This document shows, in pieces, positions 18,237 to 27,502 of a stretch of 64,000 nucleotides of DNA. The position numbers and the translations under genes were made by a program. The DNA lies in the NCBI GenBank assembly GCA_038869895.1, contig JAWCQE010000004.1, positions 16,293-80,292 on the forward strand. The letters run 5' to 3'. Position 1 is the stretch's first letter, and every line of letters starts with the position of its first letter. Under the pieces are notes generated by a model. The model was not told the DNA's origin. It did not search any database and saw only the letters and a program-made list of their open reading frames with translations. This stretch comes from Candidatus Pacearchaeota archaeon (GTDB lineage Archaea > Nanobdellota > Nanobdellia > Pacearchaeales > GW2011-AR1).

Positions 18237-19064
18237 ATGGAAAACGACAACTCATCTAAACAATACAACCCTTCAGGGCTAGATATGAAAGAAGCTCTTG
18301 ATTGGTATAATTGCACTGTAGTAGAAATGCCGCCAATTACAGAGAAGAATTTTCTCTATCCTGTTAAAAATAAAGAGTTAATTGAATTATCAAAAGGTGA
18401 AATGGGAGGACTTTTTGCTTTGTTCCCAAAAAACGCCAGAGAAAGATCAATCCTAAGAAGAGTTATTGGACAACCCCCTACATGGTTTCACAGAGATTCA
18501 ACCAGCGAACAACCAAAAATAACAACCAACGAATCAGATGCAATGTCTCCAACTGCGATTGTTCCTTCTTACATTGACTATACTCCTTGGAGAGAACTGA
18601 AGGTGCCAACAGCAGATATTTGGTTATTTAAAATTCCGCAAAATGCTGCTTCTAAAGAAGTTAGACGAATAGTCTTGGCAGAAGGATTTGTCCATGAAAT
18701 TGGGCATAGTATTATTCAACCAGCATTGTACACAGACAATCATATTCTACAATTCCCAGACGGGAAAATTATGGATGGGTTAGAAGCAATGTTGCATTTT
18801 GCGGAATTAGCAGAGAAACATCCTCCCATTTCCCATTATGCTTCAACATACAGGGGACCTAACAATAAATTTGAAAGGGATAACCAAAAATACAATGTAA
18901 ACACTGCGATTAGTGAAGAAATGTGTGAAACAATCGCAGCCTACCTTCTCGGTTTTGCCTACTGTAAAGATGATTCAAGAAGGAAAAATCCATTTTTAGA
19001 CAGAGCAGAAGTTAGGGATTTTGTGAGAGACTTTTTAAATGCAGAATTAATCAAGAAAGAATAG
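18237..19064 (+). CDS. hypothetical protein with HExxH zinc-metallopeptidase motif
   Basis: AEGFVHEIGHSI is the only recognisable motif. No signal peptide is obvious. GC content is visibly higher than in the neighbours. Confidence 0.45.
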   Translation: MENDNSSKQYNPSGLDMKEALDWYNCTVVEMPPITEKNFLYPVKNKELIELSKGEMGGLFALFPKNARERSILRRVIGQPPTWFHRDSTSEQPKITTNESDAMSPTAIVPSYIDYTPWRELKVPTADIWLFKIPQNAASKEVRRIVLAEGFVHEIGHSIIQPALYTDNHILQFPDGKIMDGLEAMLHFAELAEKHPPISHYASTYRGPNNKFERDNQKYNVNTAISEEMCETIAAYLLGFAYCKDDSRRKNPFLDRAEVRDFVRDFLNAELIKKE

Positions 19065-19324
19065 TAACAATCAAAAGGCAAACTTAAAATGATATAAGTT
19101 TGAGAGATTTAAGTAATTAAAATCTCAAAGTTATCTTTTTACTATACTTACCAACCTATTTATAGTCACCTAAACTTAAATTTATAAATTTATTTACTTC
19201 TGAAAAATTCTTCCCTAAAAAAATCGCCTCACTTATTATCTTTACAGAATATCAATCAAAACATTTAAAAATACTATTATTATAAAAACTTGATGTCAAA
19301 TAAAAAATAAAAATATCAAATTTA

Positions 19325-20152
19325 ATGATTATTTTAATCGCAATAAATTTATTTCTATTTTATTTTTATATAAATGACTCTCCAAGTAAAGTTGAAGGAA
19401 ATATAATAAGGAACTATGATAATAATACAAAAATTATAGATTCTCTTGAAAAATTTATAGCTAAACCAAAAAAAATAAATGTTTACATTGATAAACTACC
19501 ATATGGAATTGATGAGGAAGCAATTGAATCTTTAAAGAAAGCTTTTGTTTTCTGGGAAGAAAAAGGGGATGTTGATTTTATTGAAATTTCTAATGAAGAA
19601 AAGGCAAATTTAAGAATTCAATGGGTAAAAGAATTTGGAGGGGAACATATAGGTTATGCTTATGGTGGGAACTTTATAGAATTAGGCTTGGGGGATAGTA
19701 AGTGTTATGGGAGATGGAAACAATATAATGGAGAAGTTCTATTTGAACTTTCTGCTCATGAATTAGGACATATTTTAGGTTATGAACATTCAAGTAATAA
19801 AAATGATGTTATGTATCCAGAATTAAAAACAAAAAGGAAAATAGATGTTGAAGAAAATAATGTTTTACCCGAAAGATATACGCAATATTATCCATTTTGT
19901 GGTGTTGAAGAAGTTAATGAATATTCTATAGAAATTAATTCAAATTTACCAACCAATATTTATATTGTTAAATCAAAAGAAGAATACGAATCATTTCTTA
20001 ACGGAGAAGAATTTTATCATTATCCTACTTGTCATGAGTCAGAAACAGAATCATATTCTAAAAAATGTAAGGTATATTATGGAAGTGGAGTGATAATTGA
20101 AAATATCAATCCAAACCCAGTGCAATACTCAATTAAAATTAAAGAAATTTAG
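19325..20152 (+). CDS. membrane-anchored matrixin-like (M10) zinc metalloprotease
   Basis: HELGHILGYEHSSNKNDVMYP gives HExxHxxGxxH plus a Met-turn. N-terminal TM helix. Confidence 0.7.
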   Translation: MIILIAINLFLFYFYINDSPSKVEGNIIRNYDNNTKIIDSLEKFIAKPKKINVYIDKLPYGIDEEAIESLKKAFVFWEEKGDVDFIEISNEEKANLRIQWVKEFGGEHIGYAYGGNFIELGLGDSKCYGRWKQYNGEVLFELSAHELGHILGYEHSSNKNDVMYPELKTKRKIDVEENNVLPERYTQYYPFCGVEEVNEYSIEINSNLPTNIYIVKSKEEYESFLNGEEFYHYPTCHESETESYSKKCKVYYGSGVIIENINPNPVQYSIKIKEI

Positions 20153-20805
20153 ACTTTATACTTCTCAAAATTCAAACAGAAATCTTCCCCACCTTTCATA
20201 AATTGTTTGTATGCTGCATCAATAATTTTGATTGCTTCATTGCCATTTTTAGCATAAAATAAAAGTTTCAAATCCTCTTTTTCAAAAAATCTTTTTTTCA
20301 AAGGCTCTTTTTTTAGCCATTTTAAAAGTCCGCCCCACATATCACCAAGAAGAATAATCGGTATATGGCAGGTATGTTTTACCTGCATTAATTGCCATGT
20401 ATAAAATAATTCAAGCATTGTTCCAACTCCTCCTGGAGCAACAACAACTACATTACTTAAAAGCATAAAACTATCAAGTCTACTTGAAAATCTATTAAAT
20501 GTTCTTGAAATATTAACTCCCTTGTTATACTTTTGCTCATGTGGGAGCTTTATTCCAAGTCCTATAGAATGGCTATCCAATCCTGACTTTTTCCTTCCAG
20601 CTTCATGTCCAAGAGAAGCAGCTTCCATAATTCCTGGCCCTCCACCAGTTACAATATCGATACCTTTTTCACCTATCCTCTGTGCAAGTTCATAAATTAA
20701 CCTATATCTTGGATCCCCTCTTTTTATTCTTGCACTCCCGAAAATTGTAACATGAAAATGTTTTGGTTTCAAATGTTTATTAAATTCTTTCTCTTTATTC
20801 TTCAT
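20149..20805 (-). CDS. LOG-family (TIGR00730) nucleotide phosphoribohydrolase
   Basis: TGGGPGIMEA and PGGVGTMLELF motifs. Confidence 0.85.
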   Translation of the reverse strand: MKNKEKEFNKHLKPKHFHVTIFGSARIKRGDPRYRLIYELAQRIGEKGIDIVTGGGPGIMEAASLGHEAGRKKSGLDSHSIGLGIKLPHEQKYNKGVNISRTFNRFSSRLDSFMLLSNVVVVAPGGVGTMLELFYTWQLMQVKHTCHIPIILLGDMWGGLLKWLKKEPLKKRFFEKEDLKLLFYAKNGNEAIKIIDAAYKQFMKGGEDFCLNFEKYKV

Positions 20806-21416
20806 TTTAAAATATCAAGCTTTTTATCTTTTGTAATCGCGCTTGAAATTAATACTCCCCTAAAGCCCAAAGCATAAGCAGATTTTACATCTTCTCTTGA
20901 TGAAATTCCTGCTCCACACAAAGGGATAATGTTAGTTTTATCTACTAATTTAATAAATCTTTTCAATTTAACTTTATCATATCTAGTAACTGACTTTCCT
21001 GTTGAAATTAACTCAGGGTTTTCATAGGCAATTGCAAAAGGTTTTAATGAAATAATTTTTTTTACCTCTCTTAAATTCATAACACAAACAATTACATCAA
21101 ACTTTAATAATTTACATTTATTAATAATTAAACTAACTTCCCTTAAAGGAATTTTATGTTCTGAATGATTTATCAAACTCCCTCTAACTCTATATTTAAC
21201 TAAATTTTCTGCTGTAATAAATCCAGTGGACTTTTCTGGGATAGAACTAAAATCAATATGTTGAGCATAAACCCTCAAATTTGTTTCATCAATAATTTTA
21301 TTAATATCTAAAAAAGAAGGACATACAATAACTTTTTTATTTATTTTCTCTATATTCTTAGATAATTCAATTGCTTTTTTTCCGAATACATAATTTTTAA
21401 AATTAACAACTATCAT
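20802..21416 (-). CDS. tpiA: triosephosphate isomerase, archaeal type
   Basis: VVNFKNY (Lys), LINHSEH (His), AYENPELISTG (Glu), CGAGIS. Short, at 204 aa. The stop overlaps the LOG gene start (ATGA). Confidence 0.8.
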   Translation of the reverse strand: MIVVNFKNYVFGKKAIELSKNIEKINKKVIVCPSFLDINKIIDETNLRVYAQHIDFSSIPEKSTGFITAENLVKYRVRGSLINHSEHKIPLREVSLIINKCKLLKFDVIVCVMNLREVKKIISLKPFAIAYENPELISTGKSVTRYDKVKLKRFIKLVDKTNIIPLCGAGISSREDVKSAYALGFRGVLISSAITKDKKLDILK

Positions 21417-21622
21417 TTTCCCTCTTTATAACTTCTATAATTAGATGATTGATGGCTTTTTATATTTTAGTAATATCTCTTAATGAAAAATATTCAACAA
21501 AGATTCTTTAAAGTTGCTATCCCTTAAATTACAAATTGAAAAGTATAACCTTTTAATTAAACAGAATCAGATACCAAAAAATATATAAATGAACATATAT
21601 AACTAATATAATCTTTTGAAAA

Positions 21623-21985
21623 ATGAGAGTGAAAGGAGGTGGTAAAATGCCAAAGAAATCTAAGTGGAGCTTAATTGGAAGTTGGGCATTTCTAATAGGA
21701 GTTATTCTTGCAATTATCTTTGGACTCTTAGGAAACTTAAATGCGGGAAGTATATTGCTCCTCGTAGTAATAGGTATCGTTGTTGGTCTTTTTAATGTAA
21801 AAGATGAAGAAGTCAACCCGTTCCTTATGTCTGGAGCTGTATTAATAATTGCAAGCGCTCTTGGAGGAAATATTTTAGATGTAGTACCATATATAGGAAA
21901 TATACTTAATGCACTATTAGTAGTATTTGTACCGGCAACTATAATAGTAGCATTAAAAAACGTTTTTTCTGTGGCAAGAAACTAG
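21623..21985 (+). CDS. small integral membrane protein
   Basis: Three or four hydrophobic helices. The start may be the internal Met of MPKKSKW. Confidence 0.4.
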   Translation: MRVKGGGKMPKKSKWSLIGSWAFLIGVILAIIFGLLGNLNAGSILLLVVIGIVVGLFNVKDEEVNPFLMSGAVLIIASALGGNILDVVPYIGNILNALLVVFVPATIIVALKNVFSVARN

Positions 21986-22101
21986 TCCTATATTTTCATT
22001 TTAATTTTATTCTTTAATATTCCTAATATAGTTTTTTATTAATTTTCTTTAAATAAGATTTTGATAGATATTTTTATAAAACTTATTGTTTATTATACTA
22101 A

Positions 22102-22929
22102 ATGAAATTATTTATAGATTCTGCCGATTTAAACGAGATTAAAGAAGCATATAGCTGGAAGATTATCGAGGGGGTAACAACTAACCCGAGTTTAATGAAG
22201 AAAGCAATTGAAAAGTTAAATAAAAAAGGTGAAAAAATTTCATTAGAATCATATATAAAAAAAATTCTTAAAGTTGCTGGAAAAACTCCCGTCTCCCTAG
22301 AAGTTACAACAAATGATTATAAAAACATGATTGAAGAAGGTAAAAATATTTTTAATAAATTTAGGAAATATGGAAATACCTACATAAAAATTCCAGTAGA
22401 TCCCTGTTTAAATTTATCATGCAAAAAAGATTTTGATGGGATAAAAGCAATCTATAAATTAAGCAAATTAAAAATTCCCATAAACTGCACTTTAATTTTT
22501 AGTCCAGAACAAGCTCTTTTTGCTGCAAAGGCAGGAGCTAAAATAATAAGTCCTTTTGTCGGAAGAGAAGATGATTTCATAAGAGAAAAAGCCCACATTA
22601 AATTTAGAAAAAATGATTATTTCAACTCATTAGGAATTATAAAAGAAGGAGAAAAAATATCTGACAACGGAATTGTTTCGGGAATTGATTTAGTAAAAAA
22701 ATGTTCCGAGATAATAAAATTAAACGGATTAAAATCAGAAATTCTCGCCGCAAGTATAAGGAACCCGCGCCAGTTAAGAGAGGTTTCTTTAGCTGGAGCA
22801 GATATTGCTACACTCTCTTTAAATGTATTAAAAAAATCAATAAAACACAAAAAAACAATTGAAGGGGTAATAAATTTCACGAAAGATGTTCCATTAGAAT
22901 ATATAAAAATTTCGAAACAAAAAAAATAA
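22102..22929 (+). CDS. transaldolase / fructose-6-phosphate aldolase family (TalC/FSA-like) with insertions
   Basis: MKLFIDSADLNEIKE...GVTTNPSL, Schiff-base Lys context YIKIPV, ISPFVGR. Confidence 0.8.
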   Translation: MKLFIDSADLNEIKEAYSWKIIEGVTTNPSLMKKAIEKLNKKGEKISLESYIKKILKVAGKTPVSLEVTTNDYKNMIEEGKNIFNKFRKYGNTYIKIPVDPCLNLSCKKDFDGIKAIYKLSKLKIPINCTLIFSPEQALFAAKAGAKIISPFVGREDDFIREKAHIKFRKNDYFNSLGIIKEGEKISDNGIVSGIDLVKKCSEIIKLNGLKSEILAASIRNPRQLREVSLAGADIATLSLNVLKKSIKHKKTIEGVINFTKDVPLEYIKISKQKK

Positions 22930-22930
22930 A

Positions 22931-23413
22931 GTGAAATACAAAGATACAATAAAAAATTTTGAAATAAACTTTGATAATAAAAAGATAAGAAAGTTAAAAG
23001 ATTTGAAAGGAATTTTTATGAATTTTAATTTATCTGAAAAAAAAATATTAAATGAAATTGTCTATGAAACTTATACTAAAAAGCTTTCTCCGATAAATCT
23101 TACACTTACTATTTTATATCCTGGAAAAATAAATGAAGAATTTTACATGACAAAGGGACATATTCATAAGACTAAAACTCCGGAATTCTACATTCTCATC
23201 GAAGGGAAAGGAATCCTTCTAACTCAGAAAGGAAATAAAATTAAGACAACAAATATGAAAAGAGGAAAAATAGAATTGATTTATGGAGATTGGGCACATA
23301 GAATAATAAATACAGGGAATAAAAAAATGAAAGTCATGACAATTTACCATGAAAATTCAAAGCCAGATTATAACATAACTTTCAAAAGAAGATTTTTTGC
23401 AAATAAATATTAA
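22931..23413 (+). CDS. pgi: cupin-type glucose-6-phosphate isomerase (archaeal cPGI)
   Basis: TKGHIHKTKTPEFYILIEGKG and GDWAHRIINTG match the cPGI motifs TxGHxH...E and xWAHRxxNxG. GTG start 1 nt after the tal stop. Confidence 0.7.
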   Translation: MKYKDTIKNFEINFDNKKIRKLKDLKGIFMNFNLSEKKILNEIVYETYTKKLSPINLTLTILYPGKINEEFYMTKGHIHKTKTPEFYILIEGKGILLTQKGNKIKTTNMKRGKIELIYGDWAHRIINTGNKKMKVMTIYHENSKPDYNITFKRRFFANKY

Positions 23414-24057
23414 TATTCAAAATCTCCAATATCAACTATGGAAATGGTTGGTTTTCCTAAATAATCTTTCTTCCCACCATAATAATCTACATTAAATTTC
23501 TTCCCCTCTATTTTTGTAAAAAGAAAGGCGTGATATTCCCCAAACTTTACTACCATATCAAAAGCTCTTAAAACATCTCCATATAATCTACCCTCTTCAT
23601 ATTTTACCATGCTTGGAAAACTATAAAATGATGAGTTTTCATAAACTGCGTGTATATGATACTCAGCAAAAATTCCTTTCTTAAAGTCGTAATTTCTAAC
23701 ATATTTAGTGTTATTTTTTTCAGATTTCTCTCCTGAAACAACAGATTCTATATTCTCAAAATAAACTCCTCCAAACCTAAGATGAATAATCCCTCCATGT
23801 TCTGAATATTTATCATTTAAATCGTTTTCAACAAGTTCTCCTATTCTCTTTCTTATTTTTTCTTCTTTCATTAAGTCCGACATAAATTTTATTCTCCATT
23901 TTTGACTCATGTCTATAGTATTTCCACTAAGTGCATCAAAAAGATTAAAATTAGAAACAGATTCCGGTACTATCTCTTTCATATAGTCATAATCTCTTGG
24001 CATTTCTGATAACAATAAAAAACTCCAGCTTACTAAAAAATTTAAAACTCTTTGCAT
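23410..24057 (-). CDS. hypothetical protein (215 aa)
   Basis: Intact ORF. His-containing stretches (EHGGIIHL, EYHIHAV) give no confident family assignment. Confidence 0.4.
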   Translation of the reverse strand: MQRVLNFLVSWSFLLLSEMPRDYDYMKEIVPESVSNFNLFDALSGNTIDMSQKWRIKFMSDLMKEEKIRKRIGELVENDLNDKYSEHGGIIHLRFGGVYFENIESVVSGEKSEKNNTKYVRNYDFKKGIFAEYHIHAVYENSSFYSFPSMVKYEEGRLYGDVLRAFDMVVKFGEYHAFLFTKIEGKKFNVDYYGGKKDYLGKPTISIVDIGDFEY

Positions 24058-24129
24058 AAAAAAGTATAGTCAGTATATATTTAAAATTTTTTTGGAATAA
24101 TTTATAAACTAAAAACAATTTTATATTAA

Positions 24130-25209
24130 ATGAAAACAAAACTGCTTTTAGAATCAAAAAATTTTGTTCCGAGTTTCAAAAGCTGGATAGTTTCAGGAGT
24201 TTTAAATCCTGGCGGAACAAGAACAAAAAACAATAAAATTGTCCTTTATGCGAGAATTTCTGAATTTGCAGAACATAAACATGGAGAAGCGATAGTCTGT
24301 CCAATGATAACCTCCAAAAATGAATATAAAATATCATACCAAAAAATCCATGATGAAGATATAATAATGAAAGGAAAATGGAATGAAATTTACCTTAAAG
24401 ACGGAACATGTAGGCTTCCAAATATCTCCCATTTTAGAAAAGTTATCCTAAGTAAAGATGGATTTAATATTGATAAAATTGAACAGAAACCGTGCTTCAC
24501 AGGAATACCAAATGAAAGTGAATATGGAGTTGAAGATGCAAGAATAACAGAAATAGATGGAAAATATTACATGACTTACGTTGGAGTTTCATCAATAAAC
24601 GGAGTATCTACATATCTTGCTATTTCAAAAGATTTAGATAAATGGGAGAGGATTGGATTAATTTTTAGGGAACAAAATAAAGATGTAGTCTTATTCCCAG
24701 AGAAGATAAATGGAAAATACGTTGCCTTAAACAGGCCTGAAAGTTCATTTAGTTTTAGCAGACCGGGAATTTGGATTTCATATTCAAAAGACTTAATTTA
24801 CTGGGGAAAAGAAAAAAATTTGGCAAGGCCACGACCAGGTTCATGGGAAGAAAATAGAATTGGAGCAGGATGTCCTCCCATTAAAACAGCAAAAGGTTGG
24901 ATTTTAATTTATCATGGGATGAGAGAAACTGCTTCAAATAATGAGAGAGTTTACAGCGTTGGAACTATCCTCCTAGATATTAAAAATCCTGAAAAAATTA
25001 TTGCAAGAACAAGTACGAAAAAACCCTTAATATCTCCAAGCAATCAATTTGAAAAACATGGCTACATAAATAATGTTGTTTTCCCAACAGCAGCTATTAA
25101 AACATTAGATAAAAAATCACTCTTAATTTATTCTGGTGGGGCTGATTCAGTTATAACAGCAAGAATAATTCCCATTAATTATATATTAAAAAATATGGAA
25201 TATAATTAA
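24130..25209 (+). CDS. GH130-family glycoside phosphorylase/hydrolase (beta-mannoside type)
   Basis: GVEDARITEIDGKYYMTYV, NKDVVLFPEKINGKYVALNRP and GAGCPPI...GWILIYHG are typical GH130/DUF377 blocks. Confidence 0.8.
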   Translation: MKTKLLLESKNFVPSFKSWIVSGVLNPGGTRTKNNKIVLYARISEFAEHKHGEAIVCPMITSKNEYKISYQKIHDEDIIMKGKWNEIYLKDGTCRLPNISHFRKVILSKDGFNIDKIEQKPCFTGIPNESEYGVEDARITEIDGKYYMTYVGVSSINGVSTYLAISKDLDKWERIGLIFREQNKDVVLFPEKINGKYVALNRPESSFSFSRPGIWISYSKDLIYWGKEKNLARPRPGSWEENRIGAGCPPIKTAKGWILIYHGMRETASNNERVYSVGTILLDIKNPEKIIARTSTKKPLISPSNQFEKHGYINNVVFPTAAIKTLDKKSLLIYSGGADSVITARIIPINYILKNMEYN

Positions 25210-27404
25210 ATCAATGCAAGTCTCGCTAAAAGGTAGGAAACAGTTGACTCCGCACCTTGATTAATATTGATTGTATTTTCACCAAGTCCATCATAACATC
25301 CTCCTGTTGATTCATTATACACAACCTGATTAAGCAAATTATCCCCCAAAAACCATTTAAAAGTTTTAAGTGCAAGATTAGTATAACTCTCATTTTTAGT
25401 TATTTTATTAGCAATTACAAGTGTCTGTACCATTGAAGCAACATCAACAGGTTGCTGGTCAAAGTAGGTTCTTTTTCCATTTTGCATATACCAACCGCGC
25501 TGTCCAATTGGAATAAAAACTCCATTTTCAAAAGTTATTGAAATTAAAAAATTAAGTGAAGATTCAGCAATTTTAAGGTAATTTTCATCCTTAGTTACTA
25601 AATAAGCATAATACATTGCTTCAGACATTTTGCTGTTTGAATAAGTAAGATACTTCTCAAACCACTTCCAGTCATCTGAAGAATTCTCATAGTAAAAATT
25701 GCACATCTTATCTGCAAGAAGTTTTATTTCAGATAAAATTTCATCTGAATAATTTTTCAAATTGTAAAGAGACAATCCAATTATTGAAAAAGAAATTGCC
25801 CTTGGTGAAGAAATAATCCCCACAATATTTCTTGCGTCATTAAAAATTTTTTTAGCTTTTTTCCTTATACTTACTGGGATATGCTTCGCTGAAATCAAAA
25901 ATCCAAGTGCCCATAAAGCTCTACCATGAGCATCTTCACTCCATTTATCCAAGTCAACTTTTTTATTTTTATCAACATAATTCATAAATCTTCCATCTGG
26001 TTGTTTTACATAATTAAGATAATTCAAATAAGTATTAATCAAATTGATTTTTGAATTATCTTTAGAATTATTGTAATGTGCACACAATACTATAAGAGCC
26101 CTTGCATTATCATCAGTGGTATATCCGGAATCTAAATTTGGATGAGTATTTACTGCAAATTGCATAATCCCAAAATCATCGGTAAGTTTGATTAAGTGGT
26201 CAAATTTTATAGGAGGAAGATAGCTCCTAAATTCAGAAGAGATATTTGAATATTTTCTAAATATCTTTTCATAAGCTATTGAAACATTTGGCCATGTCAT
26301 ATATCTCGTAAAATGATAAGAATTTTCACATATCCTTAAAATTCCATCAGAATTAGATAGGATTTCATCAATTGCATTTAAAAACTCATTAGAACTTTTA
26401 AATTTTTTTAGTAACCTCCCTCTTTCATTATTTACAATTTCCTTTGCATGAAGAAAAGGTGTTGAAATTATAGGTCTCCCGCATCCCATAGCATAAACTA
26501 ATGTTCCAGAAGTAATTTGATTTGGATCCAAAGAGGATGAAATATATATATCTGATGCTTTTATGTATTTTATAATTTCTTTTAATGTAAGATATTTATT
26601 GTAAAATTTAACATGGTTCTGCAATCCTAAATTCTTTACTCTTCTTTCAAGAAAATTTCTATATTCTTCCCCTTCTTCTTTCCTTACTACCGGATGAGTC
26701 TCTCCAAGAATTAGATAAATTAAATTAGGATATTTCTTAATTAATCTAGGAAGGGCATTTATTACAAATTCATAACCTTTTCCACGACTAATCATACCAA
26801 ATGAGGAGAGTATTATCTTTCCCTCATATCCAATATTCTTTTTCTCTCTCTCATTAGATTCAAATGCCACTACTGGAATTCCGTGTGGTACAACATAAAT
26901 ATCATTTTTTAAATTATAATTCCTTTCCAAAATTTCTTTTCCATTTTCAGCCATTACTATAAATGCATTAGATTTTTCCGCTATACTTTGAACAACTCTT
27001 TTCATCTGTTCATTAGGATTTGGAAGAATAGAATGCATGGTTACAACAACTGGTTTTTTAAGAACTTCAAGAAAAGCTATAAGATAACTTCCATATTCAC
27101 CACCAAATATTCCAAATTCATGTTGAATATTTACAATCTTTATAGAAGCATCCTCATTAATTTTTTTAGCAGTTTTAATGTAATCATCAATATCAGCGTC
27201 ATTTATCTGATATACAACATTTTCAGGATAATTATAAATATTAATCCCATTTTTATTCATAGCCGCAATTTTTACTTTAACATAAGGCAAAAGCCTCTTT
27301 TCAACAAAACTTGATATGTCATAAGTAAATGTTGCAATTCCACACTCTCTCGGAGGATATGTTCCAAGAAATAAAATGCTATATTCCTCCAAATTTTTAA
27401 TCAT
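25206..27404 (-). CDS. GT4 glycosyltransferase fused to a C-terminal ~340-aa alpha-helical (alpha/alpha-toroid-like) domain
   Basis: N-terminal half has a GT-B/GT4 pattern (ILFLGTYPPRECGIATF, SLDPNQITSGTLVYAMGCGRPIIST). C-terminal half has YTTDDNARAL and AHGRALWALG helical repeats. Confidence 0.7.
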   Translation of the reverse strand: MIKNLEEYSILFLGTYPPRECGIATFTYDISSFVEKRLLPYVKVKIAAMNKNGINIYNYPENVVYQINDADIDDYIKTAKKINEDASIKIVNIQHEFGIFGGEYGSYLIAFLEVLKKPVVVTMHSILPNPNEQMKRVVQSIAEKSNAFIVMAENGKEILERNYNLKNDIYVVPHGIPVVAFESNEREKKNIGYEGKIILSSFGMISRGKGYEFVINALPRLIKKYPNLIYLILGETHPVVRKEEGEEYRNFLERRVKNLGLQNHVKFYNKYLTLKEIIKYIKASDIYISSSLDPNQITSGTLVYAMGCGRPIISTPFLHAKEIVNNERGRLLKKFKSSNEFLNAIDEILSNSDGILRICENSYHFTRYMTWPNVSIAYEKIFRKYSNISSEFRSYLPPIKFDHLIKLTDDFGIMQFAVNTHPNLDSGYTTDDNARALIVLCAHYNNSKDNSKINLINTYLNYLNYVKQPDGRFMNYVDKNKKVDLDKWSEDAHGRALWALGFLISAKHIPVSIRKKAKKIFNDARNIVGIISSPRAISFSIIGLSLYNLKNYSDEILSEIKLLADKMCNFYYENSSDDWKWFEKYLTYSNSKMSEAMYYAYLVTKDENYLKIAESSLNFLISITFENGVFIPIGQRGWYMQNGKRTYFDQQPVDVASMVQTLVIANKITKNESYTNLALKTFKWFLGDNLLNQVVYNESTGGCYDGLGENTININQGAESTVSYLLARLALI

Positions 27405-27502
27405 TTAACCCTCTTTTATAATAAGAAAGAAACAAACAAATATTTAAATTTATTGCTTAACAAAACTTAAATAACTAAACATCTTTATTAAAACGAGGCG
27501 AA

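Noticed and set aside
23410-24057. Possible JAMM/MPN metalloprotease motif (EYHIHAV...S) in the 215-aa unknown.
   Set aside because: The spacing does not fit HxHx7Sx2D and no upstream Glu context is convincing. It stays annotated as hypothetical.
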